From contig JAVKHQ010000003.1 in the NCBI GenBank assembly GCA_031459875.1, positions 32,001 through 96,000 of the forward strand: 64,000 nt of DNA, in the 5' to 3' direction. The position numbers were made by a program, and so were the translations under genes. Shown piece by piece: positions 1 through 8,504 of this stretch. The notes beneath the pieces were generated by a model that saw only the letters and a program-made list of their open reading frames with translations, was not told the origin of the DNA and ran no database searches. This stretch comes from Candidatus Fervidifonticultor sextus (GTDB lineage Bacteria > Sysuimicrobiota > Sysuimicrobiia > Sysuimicrobiales > Humicultoraceae). How positions within the stretch are numbered: position 1 is the stretch's first letter; each line of letters starts with the position of its first letter.

Positions 1-1
1 C

Positions 2-127
2 GTGCCGGTCCTGTGGATCTTCTACAATTCAGAGATCCTGGCCATCAACACGCGTGTGCAGGGGTTCCCGGCCCTTGGGCTGCGCGACGCGTTGACCTGG
101 CTCAACCTGGTGTCCGTCGCGAAGTAG
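2..127 (+). CDS. 3' end of a gene entering from the left edge, probably an ABC transporter peptide/nickel-type substrate-binding protein
   Basis: Open frame VPVLWIFYNSEILAINTRVQGFPALGLRDALTWLNLVSVAK* with GC3-biased codons; resembles the C-terminus of family-5 solute-binding proteins. Confidence 0.55.
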   Translation: MPVLWIFYNSEILAINTRVQGFPALGLRDALTWLNLVSVAK

Positions 128-284
128 GGGGCGACAGCGCCACAGGACTTCCCCGTGCAACGGTGGCCGGAGGCCACCCCCGGCGGCCCAGAACGCGGGC
201 GGGCGGGAGCATGCGATCGGAAGTCTGTTGGCAGGACCCTTAGCCTGGCGTGCGGGGAGCACAACATGGATGGATTCATTCTCA

Positions 285-313
285 TTTCCAATTCTTCAGC
301 ATCCTGCTAGTCT
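285..313 (+). promoter_or_regulatory. Putative sigma70 promoter for thrC-lysC
   Basis: TTTCCA-17 bp-TAGTCT with extended TG, in an AT-rich patch. Confidence 0.4.
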
Positions 314-338
314 AGGGCCGTCGGAGGAGACGATTCGC

Positions 339-1397
339 GTGGGACGTCCTGACTGGCGCGGGATCATCGAGGCCTACCGGGCCCTGCTGCCGGCTGTGGA
401 CCGGATCGTGACGCTGCACGAGGGCGGCACGCCGCTGATTCCCTGCGAACGCCTGTCCCGACACCTGCACCGTCCGGTGTGGCTCAAGGTCGAGGGCAGC
501 AACCCCACCGGCTCCTTCAAGGACCGGGGGATGACGGTGGCGGTCAGCCGGGCCGCGTCCGACGGCGCCCGCGGGGTGATCTGCGCGTCCACGGGCAACA
601 CGGCGGCCTCCGCCGCGGCGTATGCGGCCCGCGCGGGGCTCCCCTGCTGGATCCTGCTCCCGGCGGGCGCCGTGGCGCGCGGCAAGCTGGCCCAGGCGGC
701 CGTGCACGGCGCCCGGGTCATCGCCATCGACGGCGGCTTCGAGCAGGCCCTCGACCTGGTGCGCGCCATCGCCCGCGAGGGGGAGGTGGTGCTGGTGAAC
801 TCGCTGAACCCCCTGCGGCTGGAGGGGCAGGCCACGGCCGCCTACGAGATCTGCGATGTGCTGGGCGGATCGCCGGCGGTCCTGGTACTGCCTGTGGGCA
901 ACGGCGGCAACATCACGGCCTACTGGAAGGGGTTCCGGCGGTACCGCGAGGCCGGACGGATCAGCCGGCTCCCGCGGATCATCGGCGTCCAGGCCGCGGG
1001 GGCAAACCCGCTGCTGCGCGGCGTGCCGGTGGAGCGGCCGCGGACCGTGGCCTCGGCGATCCGCATCGGCCGGCCGGCCAATTGGGAGGCCGCCGTGGAC
1101 GCCGCGACGGGCTCCGGCGGACGGTTCGTCCAGGTGAGCGATGAGGAGATCCTGGCCGCCCAGAAGGCGCTGGCCCGCGAGGGGATCTTCGTCGAACCGG
1201 CCTCGGCCGCCGCGGCGGCTGCGACCGAGCGCCTGGATGCCGCAGAGCTCCCTGGCGGCGACGTGGTGTGCGTGCTGACCGGCCACGGCCTGAAGGACCC
1301 GGACGCGGTCGGATTCGAGGAACCGGCCCGGCAGCCGGCCTCGCTGGAGGCCGTGCGGGCGCTATTGGAACAGGAGGGACGGGTGGCGTGGGGTTGA
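339..1397 (+). CDS. thrC: Threonine synthase
   Basis: [13 protein letters not shown]-lysine motif, ASTGNT, PVGNGGN, EPASA, TGHGLKD; GTG start after SD GGAGGAG. Confidence 0.93.
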   Translation: MGRPDWRGIIEAYRALLPAVDRIVTLHEGGTPLIPCERLSRHLHRPVWLKVEGSNPTGSFKDRGMTVAVSRAASDGARGVICASTGNTAASAAAYAARAGLPCWILLPAGAVARGKLAQAAVHGARVIAIDGGFEQALDLVRAIAREGEVVLVNSLNPLRLEGQATAAYEICDVLGGSPAVLVLPVGNGGNITAYWKGFRRYREAGRISRLPRIIGVQAAGANPLLRGVPVERPRTVASAIRIGRPANWEAAVDAATGSGGRFVQVSDEEILAAQKALAREGIFVEPASAAAAAATERLDAAELPGGDVVCVLTGHGLKDPDAVGFEEPARQPASLEAVRALLEQEGRVAWG

Positions 1398-2608
1398 TCG
1401 TGCAGAAGTACGGCGGGAGTTCGGTGGCCACGACGGATCGGCTCCTCCACGTGGCCCGGCGGGTGGCCGCCGCGCGCCAGGCCGGCCACGACATGGTCGT
1501 GGTCGTCTCGGCCCCGGGCGACATGACCGACGACCTCATCGCCCGGGCGAAGGAGATCACGCCGAATCCTCCGGCGCGCGAACTGGACATGCTTATGGCG
1601 GTCGGGGAACAGGTCTCCATCGCGCTGCTGTCGATGGCGCTGCAGCATCTGGGCCAGCCGGCGATCTCGCTGGTCGGCAGCCAGGTCCGCATCATCACCG
1701 ACGGCGTCCATACCAAGGCGCGCGTCCTCGAGGTGGACCGCCGTCGCCTCGACGAGGAGTTGGGGCGCGGTCGCATCGTGGTCGTCGCCGGCTTTCAGGG
1801 CGTGACACCCGACTTCGAGATCACGACCCTGGGCCGGGGCGGCTCCGACCTCTCCGCGGTCGCACTGGCCTCGGCACTGGGCGCGGAGGCCTGCGAGATC
1901 TACACCGATGTGCCCGGCGTCTTCACCGCCGATCCCCGCATCGTGCCCGAGGCACGGCAACTTGAGCGCCTCTCGTACGACGAGATGCTGGAACTGGCCA
2001 GCAGCGGCGCGGTGGTCCTGCAGACCCGGTCGGTCGAGTACGCGAAGGCGTACGGCGTGCGGCTGCACGTTCGCTCGACGTGGAGCGACGCCCCCGGCAC
2101 CATCGTGGAGGAGGTTGCAGACGTGGAACGGACCCGGCTCGTGACAGGCGTGGCCCACGACACCAACGTGGCGCGGATCACCATTCGAGACGTCCCGGAT
2201 ATCCCGGGCATCGCGCACCGCATCTTCTCGGCCCTCGCGAACCGCCACATCAACGTGGACATGATCGTCCAGACGGCCAGCCGGGGCGGGAAGGCCGACA
2301 TCTCGTTCACGGTCACCAAGGCCGACGCGGCCCTCGCGGCCCAGACCGTCCGGGAGGTGAGTCGGGAGATCGGCGGTGGGGAGGTGACGGCGGCCGAGGG
2401 GGTCGCGAAGGTCTCCGTGGTGGGGGCGGGCATGGCCAGCAACCCCGGGGTGGCCGCCGCGATGTTCGGCGCCCTGGCGGGCTGTGGGATCAACATCCAG
2501 ATGATCAGCACCTCGGAGATCAAGATCTCGTGCGTCATCCCGGCGGAGGACGTCCAGAAGGCGGTTCGGGCCATTCACCGGACCTTCAACCTCGATGCCC
2601 TGCGGTAG
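1388..2608 (+). CDS. lysC: Aspartate kinase (alpha subunit, two C-terminal ACT domains)
   Basis: [45 protein letters not shown]. Confidence 0.95.
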   Translation: MGLIVQKYGGSSVATTDRLLHVARRVAAARQAGHDMVVVVSAPGDMTDDLIARAKEITPNPPARELDMLMAVGEQVSIALLSMALQHLGQPAISLVGSQVRIITDGVHTKARVLEVDRRRLDEELGRGRIVVVAGFQGVTPDFEITTLGRGGSDLSAVALASALGAEACEIYTDVPGVFTADPRIVPEARQLERLSYDEMLELASSGAVVLQTRSVEYAKAYGVRLHVRSTWSDAPGTIVEEVADVERTRLVTGVAHDTNVARITIRDVPDIPGIAHRIFSALANRHINVDMIVQTASRGGKADISFTVTKADAALAAQTVREVSREIGGGEVTAAEGVAKVSVVGAGMASNPGVAAAMFGALAGCGINIQMISTSEIKISCVIPAEDVQKAVRAIHRTFNLDALR

Positions 2609-2745
2609 GACCCGTGGCCCGGACCCCCTGGCGCTTGGGGATCCAGCAGGACTCGACCCCGGGGCCGCAGAAGAAAGGCGGGCGGCCCAAATGCGGCAGC
2701 GTCGTCCTCCGGCGACAACCGGCAGATGCTGGCAAGAGGTGAACT

Positions 2746-3591
2746 GTGCCGTCCTCGGGTCGTGACCTCCCCTCAAGAAACGGAAACGGCATCGACGGGC
2801 TGGCCCGGTCCTATGCTGCCACCCGGGACCCCAGGATTCGTGAGGAGCTCGTCCGCCGTCACCAGTGCCTGGTCCGCAGCATTGCCGCAGAGTACCGGCA
2901 CTCGGGCCATGACGACGACTTGGTCCAGGTGGGCTTCCTGGGCCTGCTGAACGCCATCGAGCACTTCGATCCGGCGCGAGGCACGCCGTTTGTGGCCTTC
3001 GCCCGTCACTTCGTCCGGGGTGAGATCCGACACTACCTGCGCGACTCCCACAACGTGATGCGGCGCCCCCGGTGGATGGATCGCGTCAACGGCCAGATCG
3101 AACAGGCCGTGGGGGACCACCTCGCCGAGTCGGGTCGCTATCCCGGTCTGGCGGAGCTGGCCGAGCGGCTCAACCTGGACGAGGCGTCGCTAGAGGAGAT
3201 CCTGAAGACGCGGGAGGTGGTGCGGACCCTCTCGCTGGACGCCGAGGATGAGGAGGGGCATCCCAAGGTCGACCTGCAGCGCGCGCCGCTCGAGGGCCGG
3301 TGGCTGACCCTGCCGCTGGAGGACCGCATGGTCCTCCTGGAGGCGCTGGAGGCCCTCAACCCGCTCCAGCGCACGGTGATCTTCTTCATCTATTTCACGG
3401 ACCTGACCCAGGCCGAAGCCGCCCAGCGGATCGGTATCTCGCAGAAGCACGTCTCGCGCGTGCTGGCCTCAGCCCTCCACCGGCTGCGCGAGTTGCTCGG
3501 CCCGGAGTCGCCCGCGCGTCCTCCGCGGACGCCCGCCGGTCCGCCGGCGCGCCCGGGGTCCCTGAAGTCCGCGTCGCGGACTTCAGGGTGA
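2746..3591 (+). CDS. RNA polymerase sigma factor, SigB/SigF/SigG (sigma-28-like) family
   Basis: DLVQVGFLGLLNAIEHFDP (region 2.2), GEIRHYLRD, DLTQAEAAQRIGISQKHVSR (region 4 HTH); SD GAGGTGA. Confidence 0.88.
   Translation: MPSSGRDLPSRNGNGIDGLARSYAATRDPRIREELVRRHQCLVRSIAAEYRHSGHDDDLVQVGFLGLLNAIEHFDPARGTPFVAFARHFVRGEIRHYLRDSHNVMRRPRWMDRVNGQIEQAVGDHLAESGRYPGLAELAERLNLDEASLEEILKTREVVRTLSLDAEDEEGHPKVDLQRAPLEGRWLTLPLEDRMVLLEALEALNPLQRTVIFFIYFTDLTQAEAAQRIGISQKHVSRVLASALHRLRELLGPESPARPPRTPAGPPARPGSLKSASRTSG
3560..3588. terminator. Perfect inverted repeat at the convergence of the sigma gene and acs; probable bidirectional terminator hairpin
   Basis: CCCTGAAGTCCGCG-T-CGCGGACTTCAGGG; no U-tract. Confidence 0.55.
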
Positions 3592-3593
3592 CC

Positions 3594-5546
3594 CTAGCCC
3601 TGCTCTTCCTCGTATCGCTGCTTCAGCCCCAAGACGACGGTCGGGTCAGCCAGGGTCGTGGTGTCCCCCAAAATCCGCCCTTCGGCGATGTCCCTGAGCA
3701 GTCGGCGCATGATCTTGCCGCTGCGGGTCTTGGGGAGTTCCGCGCTGAACAGGATGCGGTCGGGCTTGGCGATCGCGCCGATCTTCTCGGCGACATGCTG
3801 GCGCAGTTCGTCGGCCGTGGCATCGTCCGCCGTGCCCCCTTCCTTCAGGGTGACGAACGCGACCAGGGCCTGACCTTTGATGTCGTGGTGGACGCCGATG
3901 ACCGCCGCCTCGGCGACCTTGGGGTGGGAGACCAGCGCGCTCTCCACCTCCATGGTCCCGATGCGGTGGCCGGCCACGTTGATGACATCGTCCACGCGGC
4001 CCAGCAGCCAGAAGTACCCGTCCTCGTCGCATCGGGCGCCGTCGCCGGTGAAGTAGGCGCCGGGGATCCGGGACCAGTAGATCTGCCGGTAGCGCTCGGG
4101 ATCGCCGTAGATGCCGCGCAACATCGCCGGCCAGGGGCGGCGCACCACCAGGTATCCCCCGGTGTTGGGCGCCACCGGCACGCCGCGCTCGTCCACGACC
4201 GCGGCGTCGATGCCGGGAAACGGCAGGGTGGCCGACCCCGGCTTGAGGGTCACGATCCCCGGGAGCGGTGTGATGAGAATCATCCCCGTTTCCGTCTGCC
4301 ACCAGGTGTCGACGACCGGGACCCGATCACCGCCGATGTGTCGGCGGTACCACACCCAGGCCTCAGGGTTGATGGGCTCGCCGACGGTCCCCAGCAGCCG
4401 CAGCGACGACAGGTCATGGCGGGCCGGCCACTCGGTGCCCCACTTGATGAACGTCCGGATAGCGGTAGGCGCCGTGTAGAGAATGGTGACCCCGTAGCGC
4501 TCCACGATGGACCAGAACCGGTCCTTCTCCGGCCAGTCGGGCGTGCCCTCGTACATGACCACCGTGGCGCCGTTGGAAAGCGGCCCGTAGACGATGTAGG
4601 AGTGCCCGGTCACCCAGCCAATGTCGGCCGTACACCAGTAGACGTCGTCTTCCTTGAGGTCGAACACCCACTTGGCGGTCAGGTAGGTCCCCACCATGTA
4701 GCCGCCGGTGGTGTGGACGATCCCCTTGGGCTTCCCCGTGGTCCCGCTGGTGTAGAGGATGTAGAGGAGGTCCTCGCTGTCCATCTCCTCGGGCGGGCAG
4801 TCCAGACGCATGCCGTCCAGCGCTCGGTGCCACCACCGGTCGCGGCCCTCCACCATATGGATCGCCGCCGCCTCGCCGATGCGCCGCACCACCAGGACGT
4901 GCCGGACGGTCGGGGTCTGCTCCAGCGCGTGGTCCACGTTGCGCTTGAGCGGCACGATCTGGCCGCGGCGGTAGCCACCGTCGGCAGTGATGACCAGAGT
5001 GACCCGGGCGTCGTTGATGCGGTCGCGCAGGGCTTCGGCGGAGAACCCGCCGAAGACGACCGTGTGGACGGCCCCGATCCGGGCGCAGGCCAGCATGGCG
5101 ATGGGCAACTCGGGGATCATCGGCATGTAGATGGCCACCCGGTCGCCCCGCCGCACGCCCAGGGACAGCAGCGCGTTGGCGCACCGGTTGACCTCGCGCG
5201 CGAGGTCCCAGTAGGTCAGGACCCGTTGCTCGCCGGGCTCCCCCTCCCAGACGATGGCGGCCTTGTTGCGGCGCGCCCCGCGCAGGTGCCGGTCCAGGCA
5301 GTTGTAGGCGATGTTGGTCCGACCCCCGACGAACCATTTGGCGTCCGGCGGCGTCCACTCCAGGACGCGGTCCCAGCGCCGGAACCAATGCAGTTCCTCG
5401 GCGGCGGCTTCCCAGAACCGCTCGGGGTCGGCGCGCGCTCGCTCGTAGACCGACTCGTCGGCGACGTGCGCTTGGTTCCGGAAGGCCTCGGGCGGGCCGA
5501 AGGTCCGCCGTTCCTCAAGCAGCGAGTGGATCGGGCTGTCGGGCAT
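3594..5546 (-). CDS. acs: Acetyl-CoA synthetase
   Basis: [39 protein letters not shown]. Confidence 0.97.
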   Translation of the reverse strand: MPDSPIHSLLEERRTFGPPEAFRNQAHVADESVYERARADPERFWEAAAEELHWFRRWDRVLEWTPPDAKWFVGGRTNIAYNCLDRHLRGARRNKAAIVWEGEPGEQRVLTYWDLAREVNRCANALLSLGVRRGDRVAIYMPMIPELPIAMLACARIGAVHTVVFGGFSAEALRDRINDARVTLVITADGGYRRGQIVPLKRNVDHALEQTPTVRHVLVVRRIGEAAAIHMVEGRDRWWHRALDGMRLDCPPEEMDSEDLLYILYTSGTTGKPKGIVHTTGGYMVGTYLTAKWVFDLKEDDVYWCTADIGWVTGHSYIVYGPLSNGATVVMYEGTPDWPEKDRFWSIVERYGVTILYTAPTAIRTFIKWGTEWPARHDLSSLRLLGTVGEPINPEAWVWYRRHIGGDRVPVVDTWWQTETGMILITPLPGIVTLKPGSATLPFPGIDAAVVDERGVPVAPNTGGYLVVRRPWPAMLRGIYGDPERYRQIYWSRIPGAYFTGDGARCDEDGYFWLLGRVDDVINVAGHRIGTMEVESALVSHPKVAEAAVIGVHHDIKGQALVAFVTLKEGGTADDATADELRQHVAEKIGAIAKPDRILFSAELPKTRSGKIMRRLLRDIAEGRILGDTTTLADPTVVLGLKQRYEEEQG

Positions 5547-5694
5547 CTCGATCGTCCTCCCGGCTCAGAATGCTGCACATAGTTCAAGCCTCCCCCGGGG
5601 GACTCCTACAACGCCCGGCGCCAAGGAATACTCCCCGGCGGGCTCGAATCACGGGGCGGATTCCTGGGATGGTCTGTCCACGCCGCGGTGGTCG

Positions 5695-7512
5695 ATGACG
5701 ATGTCGAGAGGGGCTACCGCCCGCTCTGCCGTGCCCGCATCCATCCGCCGCCTGTCCCTGCTCGCCAGCGCATCCACCGGGCTGCTGCTGGTGGCCGGGG
5801 CGACGGTCAGTGCGACGGGTGCCGGCCTGGCGTGCCCTGACTGGCCGCTGTGCCGGGGGCGCCTGATCCCGCCTCTGGACCGGTTGGTGCTCATCGAGTA
5901 CGGCCACCGACTGCTGGCCTCCGCCGTGGGCGTCATGGTGCTGGCCCTCGTGGTCATGACATGGAGGCACCTGGGACCCTCCCCGCCGCTGCGGCGTCTG
6001 GCCGCGATCCTGGTGGGCCTGCTGGCCCTCCAGGTGGGCCTGGGAGGGGCCGCCGTCCTGTCGGCGCTGGTGCCCCTCGTGGTCAGCGCCCACCTGCTGG
6101 TCGCGATGTCGTTCCTGGCCCTGCTGGTGGCGTACAGCGTCCGGGTGCGCTGGGAGATCGATCCCGCTCTCAGGATGCCTGCGCCGCCTCGGGGGCTGCG
6201 CACGGCGGCGCGCCTGGCCCTGGCCGCCACGTTCCTCCAGGTGACGCTTGGCGGCGTGGTCAGCGCATTTGGAGCCGGTCTGGCGTGTCCGGACTTCCCG
6301 CTCTGCCAGGGCAGCCTGCTGCCTCCGCCGGAACCCCGTGCCGTCCTCCACACGGCGCACCGTCTGGCGGCCTTCGTGGTCGCCCTCCTCGTGGCGGCAG
6401 TCGCCGCGCGGGCTCGCGAGAGCCGGGACCGGACGATCCGCACGGCGGCCGCGGCCGCTGTGGCGCTGGTTATCGTGCAGGTGGGCCTCGGCGCGCTCAA
6501 CGTCTGGACGCGACTGGCCGTGCTGATCCGGGTGGCCCACCTTGGCGGGGGGGCGGCCCTGCTGGCGACCCTGGTGGTCCTCGTGGTCCGGGTCGGCCTG
6601 GCGGTCCGGGTGGGCCGGGTGGAGCCTGCAACGACCTCCCCCGCGGGGCTGCGCCCTGCTGTGGCCGACTACATCGCCCTGATGAAGCCCCGCATCATTG
6701 TGTTGCTGCTCCTCACGACCCTGACCGCCATGGTCGTCGCCGCCGGCGGCTGGGTCGGATGGGCGCTGGTGGTGGCCACGTTGCTGGGCGGGACCCTGGC
6801 GGCCGGCGCCGCCAACGCCATCAACTGCTACTGGGACCGCGATGTGGACGCCATCATGCTACGGACGCGCGGCCGGCCGATCCCGCAGCGCCGGATCGGC
6901 CCACGGCAGGCCCTGCGGTTCGGGGCGGCGCTGGCGCTGGCGTCGATCCTGGTCCTGGGGCTGGCGGTGAACTGGCTGAGCGCCGCGCTGGCCGGCCTGG
7001 GGATCGCCTACTACGTGGGGGTCTACACGATCTGGCTGAAGCGTACGACCCCGCAGAACATCGTGATCGGCGGGGCGGCGGGCGCGATCCCACCGCTCGT
7101 CGGGTGGGCGGCGGTGACCAACCAGGTGGGGATCCCGGCGATCGTGCTCTTCGCCATCGTCTTCCTGTGGACCCCTCCGCACTTCTGGGCGCTGGCGCTG
7201 AACCGCGCCGAGGACTATCGGGCGGCGCGCATCCCCATGCTCCCGGTGGTGCGCGGGGCTGCAGAGACGGTGCGCCAGATGGTCATCTACACCGTCGCGC
7301 TCGTGGCGGCCACGCTGCTGCTGGCCGGCGTCGGCGGCCTGGGGCCGATCTACACCGTCTCGGCGGTGGTGTTGGCCGTGCCCCTGGTGGTCCTGGTGCT
7401 CCGGCTGGCGCGGCAGGTCACGCCGGACGCGGCGTGGGCGCTGTTCGAGTATTCGATCCTCTACCTCGGCCTGTTGTTTACCTCCATGGCGGTGGATCGG
7501 CTGCTGGCCTGA
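5695..7512 (+). CDS. ctaB: Fused heme A synthase (CtaA/Cox15) - heme O synthase (CtaB/CyoE)
   Basis: N-half has two ACPD(W/F)PLC motifs and EYGHR; C-half has LMKPRII, DRDVDAIMLRTRGRPIP, LKRTTPQNIVIGG, WTPPHFW. Confidence 0.92.
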   Translation: MTMSRGATARSAVPASIRRLSLLASASTGLLLVAGATVSATGAGLACPDWPLCRGRLIPPLDRLVLIEYGHRLLASAVGVMVLALVVMTWRHLGPSPPLRRLAAILVGLLALQVGLGGAAVLSALVPLVVSAHLLVAMSFLALLVAYSVRVRWEIDPALRMPAPPRGLRTAARLALAATFLQVTLGGVVSAFGAGLACPDFPLCQGSLLPPPEPRAVLHTAHRLAAFVVALLVAAVAARARESRDRTIRTAAAAAVALVIVQVGLGALNVWTRLAVLIRVAHLGGGAALLATLVVLVVRVGLAVRVGRVEPATTSPAGLRPAVADYIALMKPRIIVLLLLTTLTAMVVAAGGWVGWALVVATLLGGTLAAGAANAINCYWDRDVDAIMLRTRGRPIPQRRIGPRQALRFGAALALASILVLGLAVNWLSAALAGLGIAYYVGVYTIWLKRTTPQNIVIGGAAGAIPPLVGWAAVTNQVGIPAIVLFAIVFLWTPPHFWALALNRAEDYRAARIPMLPVVRGAAETVRQMVIYTVALVAATLLLAGVGGLGPIYTVSAVVLAVPLVVLVLRLARQVTPDAAWALFEYSILYLGLLFTSMAVDRLLA

Positions 7513-7623
7513 TGCCAATCCGGGGACGCGCAGGAGTCTTGGGGCCGGGGGCCTAATAACAGCCAGTCGAAACGGCGGGAAAGCGCCGCGGATTCCCGAT
7601 TGGCAGCACAGAGGGGACGGCGG

Positions 7624-8472
7624 ATGGCGAACGGGCCACCACGGGACAGCGCACGTACCACGGGTCTTTTGCTGGGAGGCCTCATCCTGGGGATGGTGGT
7701 CCTGGGTGGGGTCGCCCTCACCATCTACGCGCGAGGACGCTGGTGGCTGCCGCCGCTGGCCTCAGCGCACGGGGAGGCGATCGACCGGCTGTTCTACGCG
7801 ACGCTGGCGGTCACCGGCGTCGTCTTCGTCGGCGTCCACGTCTTGCTCGCCCTGTTCGTCATGCGCTACGCAGCGGCCGGCGAGGGGCGCGCTCTGTACT
7901 GGCCCGACCACCGGAGGCTGGAACTCACCTACACCATCGTTCCCGCCGTCGCCCTGGCCATCATGGTCGCCTTAAGCGGCGTGGTGTGGGCCAGGGTGCG
8001 CCTGACCGCGCCGCCGGCCGACAGCCTCGACGTAGACGTCCGCGCCGAGCAGTTTGCCTGGCTCGTCCGCTACCCCGGTCCGGACGGTCGCTTCGGCCGC
8101 ACAGACCCCCGGCGCATCGACCACCGGACCAACCCCATGGGACTGGATCCCTCCGACCCGGCGGCCGCCGATGACATCGTCTCCAGGGATCTGCACGCGG
8201 TGGTGGGGCGGCCGGTCCGGGTCCGGTTGCGGTCTACCGGGGTGATTCACAGCCTCTTCATCCCGGCGTTCCGTGTGAAGCAGGACGCAGTGCCGGGGGT
8301 GACGCTGGAGACCTGGTTCACCCCGACCCGGGAGGGGGAGTTCGAGATCGCCTGCGCTGAACTGTGCGGGCTGGGCCACTACGCCATGCGCAGCAAGGTG
8401 ATCGTGCAGTCCCAGCAGGCCTTCGACGCCTGGCTGGGGGAGCAGAAACCTTCTTTGGGGTCGGGCCAGTGA
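7624..8472 (+). CDS. ctaC: Cytochrome c oxidase subunit II
   Basis: Hydrophobic helices, VIHSLFIP, KQDAVPG, CuA motif CAELCGLGHYAM; no heme c domain. Confidence 0.93.
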   Translation: MANGPPRDSARTTGLLLGGLILGMVVLGGVALTIYARGRWWLPPLASAHGEAIDRLFYATLAVTGVVFVGVHVLLALFVMRYAAAGEGRALYWPDHRRLELTYTIVPAVALAIMVALSGVVWARVRLTAPPADSLDVDVRAEQFAWLVRYPGPDGRFGRTDPRRIDHRTNPMGLDPSDPAAADDIVSRDLHAVVGRPVRVRLRSTGVIHSLFIPAFRVKQDAVPGVTLETWFTPTREGEFEIACAELCGLGHYAMRSKVIVQSQQAFDAWLGEQKPSLGSGQ

Positions 8473-8504
8473 GCGGCGGAGCAGAACAGGAGGGGCAGAA
8501 GGGC

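Noticed and set aside
132..143. 12-mer CGACAGCGCCAC recurring after a stop codon near 63326
   Set aside because: Matches of this length are expected by chance in 64 kb of GC-rich DNA; only two copies seen
128..338. Possible lysine/SAM riboswitch, T-box or leader peptide upstream of thrC-lysC
   Set aside because: No consensus elements recognised; the likely promoter lies only ~25 nt before the start, leaving no room for a leader
3300..5582. Very long antisense and alternate-frame ORFs (e.g. 760 aa here; also 20127-22256, 36826-39114, 50824-52584)
   Set aside because: Shadow ORFs expected from high GC3 bias opposite well-supported genes; no recognisable motifs
7521..7575. Resemblance to a c-di-GMP-I riboswitch (GGGACGC...GGCCTAA...ACAGCCAG)
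   Set aside because: Lacks the GGCAAA/GCAAA elements and the P2 GNRA hairpin; kept only as an unassigned structure
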